Assembly (NCBI GenBank): GCA_963693365.1
Contig: CAVNZM010000016.1
Location: 2,033,984 to 2,097,983 of the forward strand
DNA from: Amoebidium appalachense
Lineage: Eukaryota > Protista > Ichthyosporea
Reading direction: 5' to 3'
DNA: 64,000 nt
Shown: in pieces, positions 9,119 to 18,137 of the stretch
Layout of the letters: each line of letters begins with the position of its first letter
How positions within the stretch are numbered: the first letter of the stretch is position 1
Notes under the pieces: generated by a model
The model's input: the letters and a program-made list of their open reading frames with translations, nothing else
Told to the model about the DNA's origin: nothing
Databases searched by the model: none
Program-made: the position numbers and the translations under genes

Positions 9119-11158
9119 ATGACCTCCACCGAACATGAAACCGTCTGTTGCGAAGGTGCCGAGCAGCCACCTCAAGCACACCAGGGGTCCTCCTTACGTG
9201 GTAGACACACCGACTGGTTCTTCAGCATCTTCTCCAAGGAGCGCGCTGAGAGGATGCTAGTTGACAACGCCCCCTTTTCCCACGAAGACCTACATCGCTC
9301 CTTGGACACGGCATTTGGGGTGCAGTATGCTGAGATCACTAGTAGAGTGACCAAGCGCACCCGAACCGCCCATATTCACAGCAATGCCAGGTTTAAGCCA
9401 CCAGGTCCCAATCGTGTCGCCCTGAAGAACTGGGCAAAGGACAAGTTTCCACCAGAGAACAAGCTTTCCATGAGTCCAATAGTGTCATGGGATGATATCA
9501 ACCGTTGGGACAAAGCCAACAGCCAGACAGAGGTTTTTGGTAGTTTCGAATTTCCAAAGACAACGACGGAGGTTGTGGAAAAGAAAAAAGAGGCTCTCAC
9601 CAAAACAATCGACACAAACAAACAGCTTCGAAAGCTATTCGATGCATTTGAGATTGAGGGTCCCAATCCACCGATGGGATACAGCTCGATGTGGGGGTAC
9701 ATTCCAGACTCGTGGGATCGTTTAGATGTCATCAGGTTTCTCCGTCACCATGCCGCCTACATAAAGAACACCAACTCGTACATCATGCGCAAGTACAACT
9801 ACGAACGCAAGATCTACGAGCTTGATGTCTACAACCGAGAAACCACCAAGGCAACGATGGAGAAGATTGTGATAGAATACACGGATATCGACAAGGAATC
9901 AGGGATGTCCCAAAAGCGCAAGTACACCGGTGTCGATTTCATGACTGGAAACGACATTCTCACGTACGCTTGCGCTGTCTTCGATCCGTCATCACCAGAC
10001 CCTAAAACAGGATCTGTGGAGGAAGACTACCTGGATCCAAGCCATCGCAGGTTCAACCTTTTCCGTGGCTTTCCATACAAGTACAAGAAAGACTTCTGCT
10101 ACAACGGACCAAAGTCTCCAACAGTCCCGTACCCGCCTGGGCGCATTCCACCACAAAACACGGCTTCCGTCCTGGCAAAGAGGGGAGTGGGCACAGGGCA
10201 TCCTGTCGAGCTGTTTCTCACCCATGCATTTGAGATACTCTGCGCGGGGGACGAGGCTTGTTTTGACTATCTCCTCACATGGGTTGCACATGTTTTCCAA
10301 CATCCAGCGTCCAAACCCGGAACAGCAATCCTTGTTCGTTCAGTCCAAGGGACAGGAAAGAACATTTGGTTCAATGTTCTCAAGCCACTCGTCGGAAAGC
10401 AGTGCTTTGTGGATGTTAAGAACAAGGAGCACATTTCCGGCAAGTTCAATGCACATCTGTGCAACAAGCTCTTTGCTGTTGTTGATGAATGCGTATTTGG
10501 TGGTGCACATGAAGTGAACAACCTAATTAAGAGCCTGATCACCCAGGAGGAAACAGTACTGGAGAAAAAGGGTGTTGACGCAATGCAGTCCACAACATAT
10601 GAGCGCTACGCTTTTCTTTCAAACGAGGATTGGCCCGTGAAGATTGAATCATCGGATCGCCGATTCATTTGCCTGGAAGCTTCCCCGCTGCGTGTTGGAC
10701 AGATGGATTACTACAGAGCATTCGTCGAGCATCACAGCAACCCGCTAGTCCAAGAGGCGCTCTATCATTTCCTGATGGATGTCCCGGGCGTCCCAATAAC
10801 TATGCACCGCCCCCCCAGCACCGAGCTTCATCGGGAGCTAATGGAAAAAAGTCTTCCTTTGGAAGTACAGTTCTTGAAGGATCTGGCGCGCGACGACGAG
10901 GGAGTGGAAAACCTGGCTATCGAAGACGGTGCATGGGTAACGACCGATGGAATGGCTGTTCGTATGCGCGAGTGGGCAACCGCAAATGGCATGGATGCAG
11001 CACGCGTGGTGGGATCGAAGAGGCTGGGCTCAACTCTTAAGAAGGTGCTTGGGGAGCGCAGATCGGTTGACGGGAGGAGTGTGAGTGTGGGCTGCCCCAT
11101 GTCAGCAAGGACAATGGCATATCGCTTCAACAAGCAAGGGATCCTCGCCTACAAATAG
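9119..11158 (+). CDS. SF3 helicase (D5/NrS-1/DUF5906-like) with an N-terminal HUH-Rep-like domain
   Basis: KPGTAILVRSVQGTGKN (Walker A), FAVVDE (Walker B), FLSN (motif C), DRRF (Arg finger) and a probable C-terminal winged helix. N-terminus has WFFSI...HIH. Confidence 0.85.
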   Translation: MTSTEHETVCCEGAEQPPQAHQGSSLRGRHTDWFFSIFSKERAERMLVDNAPFSHEDLHRSLDTAFGVQYAEITSRVTKRTRTAHIHSNARFKPPGPNRVALKNWAKDKFPPENKLSMSPIVSWDDINRWDKANSQTEVFGSFEFPKTTTEVVEKKKEALTKTIDTNKQLRKLFDAFEIEGPNPPMGYSSMWGYIPDSWDRLDVIRFLRHHAAYIKNTNSYIMRKYNYERKIYELDVYNRETTKATMEKIVIEYTDIDKESGMSQKRKYTGVDFMTGNDILTYACAVFDPSSPDPKTGSVEEDYLDPSHRRFNLFRGFPYKYKKDFCYNGPKSPTVPYPPGRIPPQNTASVLAKRGVGTGHPVELFLTHAFEILCAGDEACFDYLLTWVAHVFQHPASKPGTAILVRSVQGTGKNIWFNVLKPLVGKQCFVDVKNKEHISGKFNAHLCNKLFAVVDECVFGGAHEVNNLIKSLITQEETVLEKKGVDAMQSTTYERYAFLSNEDWPVKIESSDRRFICLEASPLRVGQMDYYRAFVEHHSNPLVQEALYHFLMDVPGVPITMHRPPSTELHRELMEKSLPLEVQFLKDLARDDEGVENLAIEDGAWVTTDGMAVRMREWATANGMDAARVVGSKRLGSTLKKVLGERRSVDGRSVSVGCPMSARTMAYRFNKQGILAYK

Positions 11159-11181
11159 GACACATGGTATGAGATATGGCA

Positions 11182-11405
11182 AACACTTGTGAAATGGACA
11201 CAACACTTGAAAACACTTTCGAAACACTAGACTTGGCGATTTGATTGGTTGTCGTGGTTGTTGGTGTGTTTTGATTGGTTGGTTCAGGGGGAACACTTCG
11301 AAGTGATTTCTGAGGGATCCGAGACACACAACACACAGCGTGCCTGTGATATTATCATCCCCCTATCCCCACACCCCAACCAAGTGTACCAAGTGTTTTA
11401 GTGAT
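11182..11405. other. Candidate replication origin: iterons symmetric about a palindrome
   Basis: AACACT(T) at 11182, 11202, 11212 and 11223; CACTTCGAAGTG palindrome at 11294-11305; inverted AAGTGT at 11382 and 11391 plus AGTG at 11400; then AT-rich DNA. Confidence 0.55.
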
Positions 11406-11618
11406 TTATTTTAGGTTTTTGAATTCAAATTTCCCGGAAAATATGTTCAAAGTCATGGGAAACCCCGTTTTCCGGATTTGATTCTACATCAGTTCTTTTT
11501 CTTATACAAACAGTTCAAAACAATTGAGGTGATATTGAAACGCTTCGTCGATGGGTGTTTTCATAATAAAAGTGGGTGTATATACCCGCGCTATTTTTAT
11601 TATCTTTAGTTTCATACG

Positions 11619-12119
11619 ATGGACAACACACGTCTATTCAAGTGCACTTGGCCTGGCTGCCACTGGTCCTTCAAGCAGAAGCCCCACCTAAAGACCCACA
11701 TGCACCTACACTTGGGGAGGCCGTACAGGTGTGACCAGGTTAATTGTACTGCATCCTACACTACGGCCGCATCCCTACAAATTCACCAGTATAAGCATAA
11801 CCAGGAAACGCCATTTCGATGTGGAACATGTGGCAAGCAATTCACACATCCAAGCCCATTCCGCAGACATCAAAAAAACGTGCACACAGAGAAAACACCT
11901 TACAGGTGCACGTGGCCTGGGTGCGATAAGGCCTACAAATACAAGATATCCGTCATCTGCCATGAACGAAAGCACACAGGCGAGCGTCCATTTGTATGTG
12001 GTGCTTGTAGTAAAACTTATCGGCACCTTTCCGCACTCCACTATCACATCCGCACTCGCCACAAGCCTGTGATCCAGCCGACAAGCACCCAAAGTGACCT
12101 TCCCACTGAGGAGCAATAA
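11619..12119 (+). CDS. C2H2 zinc-finger protein (5 fingers), intronless
   Basis: Five Cx2-4C...Hx3-4H units with TGERPF-like linkers. Confidence 0.9.
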   Translation: MDNTRLFKCTWPGCHWSFKQKPHLKTHMHLHLGRPYRCDQVNCTASYTTAASLQIHQYKHNQETPFRCGTCGKQFTHPSPFRRHQKNVHTEKTPYRCTWPGCDKAYKYKISVICHERKHTGERPFVCGACSKTYRHLSALHYHIRTRHKPVIQPTSTQSDLPTEEQ

Positions 12120-12125
12120 AAGCCC

Positions 12126-13325
12126 CTATTTTAGGTTTTCCCGTGCCCAATGTTTGCAGTCCTTGCAGTACCGGTTGTAACAGCGTTCCTCGCTAGAGTA
12201 CAATCGGGTCAATGAACGCTTTTGAAACCAAGCGGGCTTGTTCCCGCGGCGGTGAGGACAGTTTGGGCCCTCACATGGTCTAGCTATTTTACTCCAACAG
12301 GAGTTGCAGTGCACCTTGCGCCCGCATTTCACCATCCACTTTCTGGTGTCCAAACTGATGGAGCGATGGTGACAGCGACGGCATGTCTTGTAATGCACCC
12401 TGCAGTCATCACAGAACAGTTGTCGGCTCCAATAATGATGTGAACAATTGGAGCATGGTGTCAGTCCCTTGGAACAAACGTCACAGTTTCTTGCAACCAC
12501 CTCTTCTACCCGTCGACTGCAACCTTCCCAGCCCCCTGAGCAAGCCGGCAACAAGTCGCATGGGCCGCAATATCCTGAACCAACGAGGTTGTTCCGACTT
12601 TTGCAGTTCGGGCACCGTGGAATTTTGGGGCAGGATGAGAGCTCGCAGAACTCACGGGGCTGGGTGGGATCCAACACTTTCCCACACAAGCACGCTGGCA
12701 AGGCCCTACATGTTGTACACAACCCTTCACGGATCCAAGTTTGCTTGCAATTCATGCACCTGGGCGCGCACTGGGAGCACCAGAAACGGGGGCCTACGTC
12801 TGTCAGGGTTAGCATTCCATCACTCTCATAGCGCTCCAGTATTTCCTTAGTTCTCACTTCGTGTACTCTGCCGCATAGTTCGTGTAACAGCACATGCTTC
12901 TCCAGGCCTGTCCCGTGGGTATGATACACCTCAATTGCAGCAGTGAGATTCGACCCCTGCAAAACCCCAACATCAAGGAAGAATTGATGGTCGTCATAGC
13001 ACACTCCGTGTTCCAAAGCCGACTCTCCAACAATCCTCGACGTGGACTCGGGATGATTCTTGCATACAATTTCCAGGCGCCCATCGGCTATTGCGCGTTG
13101 AACAATTTCTTTGCCAAGCTTGTGGCTCGCTCCTTCTCCACCGGTAAATGCACAAGGGCGGTTCAAATTGCTTGTGTGTGCAAAGTGTGGCACCCGCACG
13201 GTACCCCTCCGTAAAACCACCGGCACTCCACAGTCGCCACATACATACTTGTTTTCTTTGGTAGCCTCCCTTGCACTATACAGAATTCTGTCTTTGAGGT
13301 TGCGAGCTATTTTGACCTTCAGCAT
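12126..13325 (-). CDS. CoiA-like PD-(D/E)XK nuclease with an N-terminal Zn ribbon and a Cys-rich C-terminus
   Basis: YVCGDCGVPVVLRRGTVRVPHFAH, GEGASHKLGK and LDVGV...AIEVYHTH, followed by many CxxC pairs. Confidence 0.78.
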   Translation of the reverse strand: MLKVKIARNLKDRILYSAREATKENKYVCGDCGVPVVLRRGTVRVPHFAHTSNLNRPCAFTGGEGASHKLGKEIVQRAIADGRLEIVCKNHPESTSRIVGESALEHGVCYDDHQFFLDVGVLQGSNLTAAIEVYHTHGTGLEKHVLLHELCGRVHEVRTKEILERYESDGMLTLTDVGPRFWCSQCAPRCMNCKQTWIREGLCTTCRALPACLCGKVLDPTQPREFCELSSCPKIPRCPNCKSRNNLVGSGYCGPCDLLPACSGGWEGCSRRVEEVVARNCDVCSKGLTPCSNCSHHYWSRQLFCDDCRVHYKTCRRCHHRSISLDTRKWMVKCGRKVHCNSCWSKIARPCEGPNCPHRRGNKPAWFQKRSLTRLYSSEERCYNRYCKDCKHWARENLK

Positions 13326-13386
13326 CTTGCAATTGTACTAGATTATATTTTTCCCGCTCCTTTCTTTTTTCGCTCTTATAGGAGAG

Positions 13387-13869
13387 ATGGAGACTGCTCA
13401 CATAGGAGGCTGTGTAGCTGCCGGGTGCACAGACCCTGAGCTTACACAGGCTCCACACACACCCCCTGGTGACCAGACACTGCATCCACAAATGGTGCCT
13501 GCCGACTGGCGCGACACCGAGCTCATTGGGTATCTGCGCACATGGATTGGGCGTGTGGAAGGGACCAGAAAGTACATTGTAAAAATGTGGGACGTCACCA
13601 TGGGTGCGTACAGGCCCAGAATCATATCCGCAGCTGCCATGCGCTGTACATTACAGGGTTACTGTGTGGAGTGGCATGACGGATCCCGCAGCAGAAAGTA
13701 CACAGGCACCAACTTCTTGCGCGGGCCACACATGCCCCGCTACTCGAAGGCAGCCGTGTATGCCAGCTTGGGGGTGCGCCCGGGGCGGGTGGTGCGCCGC
13801 AGGAACAAACGACATTCGTGTCGATGTATTATATGCTGTCCATCGACACGTGTGCGGTCTCTGCAATGA
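13387..13869 (+). CDS. Small protein paralogous to the middle domain of the helicase at 9119-11158
   Basis: VPADWRDTELIGYLR...RKYTGTNFL...Y..AAVY aligns by eye with IPDSWDRLDVIRFLR...RKYTGVDFM...Y.CAVF. Confidence 0.65.
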   Translation: METAHIGGCVAAGCTDPELTQAPHTPPGDQTLHPQMVPADWRDTELIGYLRTWIGRVEGTRKYIVKMWDVTMGAYRPRIISAAAMRCTLQGYCVEWHDGSRSRKYTGTNFLRGPHMPRYSKAAVYASLGVRPGRVVRRRNKRHSCRCIICCPSTRVRSLQ

Positions 13870-13931
13870 TGCGGGCAAGGTCTTGGACTTTGATGCAAGT
13901 TGTCTGGTCGATGATCAATAAAATGACCCCG

Positions 13932-13968
<37 letters not shown>

Positions 13969-14009
13969 CGTGACGAGAGGCCCGCGTTTTTTTCTGCGCA
14001 CTGTATAGG

Positions 14010-14366
14010 ATGTCTGCGGTAGGCTACGACGAGGCGTTCGTGCGCGAGCGACTGGCCGAGCTCGAGGACGGGGTGTGCGGGGTGCCCACACGGGCCGGCC
14101 GGATCGACGTGCTGACGAGCACGCAGGTCATCGAGGTCCAGCGCGCGTCGCAGTGGAAGACGGCGATCGGAAACGTGCTCGCATACAGCCACTACTACCC
14201 CGACCGCCAGCCGAGGATCCACCTGTTCGACTATGCGCCGGCAGACGTGTACAGGATTGCCGTGCAAACCATCACGTCGCTCAACATCACGCTTACAACC
14301 GAAGAGGACACGTTGCAGCTGATTTGGGGGGACGACGCGGGCAAAGACGTAAAAGACGAAAAATAA
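14010..14366 (+). CDS. Stand-alone PD-(D/E)XK-like domain of the type fused to KilA-N proteins in large DNA viruses
   Basis: GRIDVLT...VIEVQ...WKTAIGNVLAY..YYP....RIHLF. Confidence 0.72.
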   Translation: MSAVGYDEAFVRERLAELEDGVCGVPTRAGRIDVLTSTQVIEVQRASQWKTAIGNVLAYSHYYPDRQPRIHLFDYAPADVYRIAVQTITSLNITLTTEEDTLQLIWGDDAGKDVKDEK

Positions 14367-14454
14367 ATAAATAAGCCACGGGCAAAAAGGTCAAAGCAGC
14401 GCAGAGTTTGCCAATATCCGGTCAAAGCTAGCGCAAAGTAGTGAACATTCAATA

Positions 14455-14531
14455 AAGCTAGCGCACACGGTAATAGCGCTCATGACCCTACTCTCAAACA
14501 ACACAGGTGCAAGCGCACGCATATCCCCCCC

Positions 14532-14583
<52 letters not shown>

Positions 14584-14692
14584 GCGCCCGGTGATAGCGC
14601 TGATGACCCATCTCTCCAACAACACATGTGCAAGCGCACGGTGATTGCGCTCACGACCCTACTCTCAAACAACACAGGTGCAAGCGCACGCA

Positions 14693-14744
<52 letters not shown>

Positions 14745-14836
14745 GCGCCCGGTGATAGCGCTGATGACCCATCTCTCCAACATGCGCTCATGACCCTTCT
14801 CTCAAACAACACAGGTGCAAGCGCAAGCATTGCCCC

Positions 14837-14867
<31 letters not shown>

Positions 14868-14926
14868 ACACACAAAGCGCCCGGTGATAGCGCTGATGAC
14901 CCATCTCTCCAACATGCGCAAGCATT

Positions 14927-14962
<36 letters not shown>

Positions 14963-15115
14963 ACCCCACCCACCCCCCTACACACGCACAAACACAAAGC
15001 GCCCGGTGATAGCGCTCATGCCCCTTCTCTCACACAACACATGTGGAAGCGCCCGGTGATAGCGCTCATGAGCCTACACTCAAACATAACAGGTGCAACC
15101 ACACGCATTGCCCCC

Positions 15116-15161
<46 letters not shown>

Positions 15162-15321
15162 ACACACGTACAAACACAAAGCGCCCGGTGATAGCGCTCA
15201 TGCCCCTTCTCTCACACAACACATGTGGAAGCGCCCGGTGATAGCGCTCATGAGCCTACACTCAAACATAACAGGTGCAACCACACGCATTGCCCCCACC
15301 CCACCCCCCCCCCCCCCCCCC

Positions 15322-15368
<47 letters not shown>

Positions 15369-15497
15369 ACACACGCACAAACACAAAGCGCCCGGTGATA
15401 GCGCTCATGCCTCTTCTCTCACACAACACATGTGGAAGCGCCCGGTGATAGCGCTCTTGCGCCTACACTCAAACATAACAGGTGCAAGCACACGCAT

Positions 15498-15535
<38 letters not shown>

Positions 15536-15916
15536 CCCCCCCCACACACGCACAAACACAAAGCGCCCGGTAATAGCGCTCATGCCCCTGCTCTCAAACA
15601 ACACATGTGGAAGCGCCCGGTGATAGCGCTCATGACCCTACTCTCAAACAACACATGTGCAAGCGCACGCATTGAACCCCCCCCCCCCCCCCCCTCACAC
15701 ACACACACACACACACATGCACACGGTGGCTGCGTATCACCGTGCGCTTGCACCTGTGTTGTTTGAGAGTAGGGTCATGAGCGCTATCACCGTGCGCTTG
15801 CACCTGTGTTGTTGGAGAGTAGGGTCATGAGCGCTATCACCGTGCGCTTGCACCTGTGTTGTTGGCGAGTAGGGTCAATGACATGATCGCTATCACCATA
15901 CCCTTGCTCATGAGCG

Positions 15917-15917
<1 letters not shown>
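14455..15917. repeat. Composite ~50-bp tandem array (AGCGCnCGGTGATAGCGCT core) with poly-C/(CA)n inserts; orientation flips near 15730
   Basis: More than a dozen forward copies at 14460-15670 and three reverse-complement copies at 15735-15897. Confidence 0.9.
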
Positions 15918-15962
<45 letters not shown>

Positions 15963-16017
15963 TCCTCCCATCTACCCGCACAACCCCAACCCCACATTAT
16001 ATCGTGCACCGGGTAAC

Positions 16018-16410
16018 ATGGACGCTGGCGCACCCCTTCCCCCACCCAGCCCATTCGCACCCCCTCCCCCGATCCGCACAAGCCCGCGCAGCACCCCCGG
16101 GCCCTCCCCCATCCTACTGGCCATCCTGGCCGGCCTGATCCTCTACGTGCTCTGGGACACGTTCAGCCCACGTGTGCGGCGGCGCCTGGCGGTGCTCAAG
16201 TGCCAGCGCGCGTGCCCAATGTGTGCCAGCTGCGGCAGCTGCGTTCCCCGCCGCAAGTGTGCGCACTGCCCCCGCTGCCACGTGTGCGGTGCCAGCCCCG
16301 CCCGGTGCGCACAGTGCCCCGCATGCACGCGCTGCCCGCCCGAGCAGAAGTGCCCGGCGTGCCCCACGTGTGCGCATGCGCCTGCGGTGGTGATCAAGGA
16401 GCGCACTTGA
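16018..16410 (+). CDS. Small membrane protein with CxxC repeats
   Basis: Pro-rich N-terminus, one hydrophobic helix (ILLAILAGLILYVLW) and a tandem CxxC tail. Confidence 0.6.
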   Translation: MDAGAPLPPPSPFAPPPPIRTSPRSTPGPSPILLAILAGLILYVLWDTFSPRVRRRLAVLKCQRACPMCASCGSCVPRRKCAHCPRCHVCGASPARCAQCPACTRCPPEQKCPACPTCAHAPAVVIKERT

Positions 16411-16446
16411 AGGGTTGGGTGAGCAGAGATTTTTGTGGCATAGAGT

Positions 16447-16707
16447 ATGGCGTACCGATGGGAGTACAAGCTGAAGGAGGAGCCCGGCAAGGCACCCGTG
16501 GTGCAGGCAACTATTGTGCCGACCGAGGCCACCACCCGGCGGACGCAGATGGAGCAACGAGTATATGCACAAGAGCTTGCGGAAAAGGGCTATATAGATC
16601 TGCCCGATGAGTTGGCGGAGAAGTGTGGATTCAAGAAGTGGGTGCCCAAGAATCAACGACAGACAGCAATTGTACTGCAGAAGATGATGGAGCCTGAGGA
16701 TGCATAG
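16447..16707 (+). CDS. Hypothetical 86-aa protein
   Basis: Compact ORF directly after the previous gene, with coding-like composition. Confidence 0.5.
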   Translation: MAYRWEYKLKEEPGKAPVVQATIVPTEATTRRTQMEQRVYAQELAEKGYIDLPDELAEKCGFKKWVPKNQRQTAIVLQKMMEPEDA

Positions 16708-16910
16708 AGACCTACACAAGCCAAAGGATGAATGGACTCACACCACAAACATGGAAAATGTAAATGACGAGAGAATCTCCACAAACATGGAAAATGTAAA
16801 TGACGAGAGAATCTGTTGGGATGTTTAATTTTGATGAGCTGGAGTCTATCTCCCCCCCCCTCCCCCTCCCCTACACCGTTCAATGAAAACTTGGTAGCAT
16901 GTGTATCATT

Positions 16911-17146
<236 letters not shown>

Positions 17147-17369
17147 CAATGTACGTGCCAGTGTGCTCGTACACAGATTGAAAAGGAGACTTGGGGTATA
17201 TTAAATGGAGTCTCTCCCGCTACCACGGGCAAATACATTCAATAGTCATTACGGAAACTTGGTACTGTTACCGGGCAAATACAATATACATGAAAATTTG
17301 GATAAGATTGAAGCAGATCACATTCGAATAAACATTACAGAAAACTTGGTATGAAAACTTTGTACCACG

Positions 17370-17632
17370 TCTTTCCTCCACCACACCCATCACAAACCCT
17401 AAGTAAGATGTGAATGTGGGGCCTACCCGCCGCCACCACCACAACTACGTTTCCCCCACCGCACCCACCACAAACCCTAAGTAAGATGTGAATGTGGGGC
17501 CTACCCGCCGCCACCACCACAACTACGTTTCCCCCACCGCACCCACCACAAACCCTAAGTAAGATGTGAATGTGGGGCCTACCCGCCGCCACCACCACAA
17601 CTACGTTTCCCCCACCGCACCCACCACAAACC
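17370..17632. repeat. 78-bp tandem repeat, about 3.3 copies
   Basis: cacaaaccct recurs at 17391, 17469 and 17547. Confidence 0.9.
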
Positions 17633-17983
17633 ATGTGTGGTCTACCCACTCAAAAGCTCCTCCTCGAACTGCTCAAGCTCCTCCTCGAACTGCTCGATGT
17701 CAGCCTTGTACTTCTCTCTCAGCTTTTTCCACTGTGCATGGGACACCTGTGGGTTGATAGTTGGGTGTAAGTAGTAGTCCAGCCAGGTGATTTGTTTATG
17801 CAAGGCTCAGACATCACTGTATGCCATTACCTCAAACACACCCACGCACCCACCAATACACCACCATGGCACACACCCACAGGAAACGAACTCCTACGTG
17901 TGGACCAGGTCAAGAAAAACTCTGCAAGGACTCAAAAAACCGTTTTTACGAACCCCTACATGTAATTGTGAATGCTAGGGCAT

Positions 17984-18037
<54 letters not shown>

Positions 18038-18082
18038 GTGTTTTTTTGTTTGTTGTTTTTTTTGGTTTGTTTTTTTTGGTTT

Positions 18083-18123
<41 letters not shown>

Positions 18124-18137
18124 GGGGGGGGGGGTAC

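Larger units (their letters stand above)
1..16710. mobile_element. Endogenous viral element-like gene cluster (NCLDV or Polinton-like virus); left end outside window, right end approximate
   Basis: About 14 tightly packed intronless ORFs with virus-typical motifs (penton-like, A22-like resolvase, SF3 helicase, KilA-N/T5orf172, CoiA-like, PD-(D/E)XK). AATAAA or a close variant overlaps several stop codons (about 2734, 12115, 14362). Microsatellite- and intron-rich DNA begins abruptly after about 16.9 kb. Confidence 0.75.

Noticed and set aside
14460-15580. TATTAC within the hairpin loop of two array units, resembling a CRESS nonanucleotide
   Set aside because: Most units read TATCAC, the full nonamer is absent, and the nearby Rep-like domain lacks the nicking Tyr.
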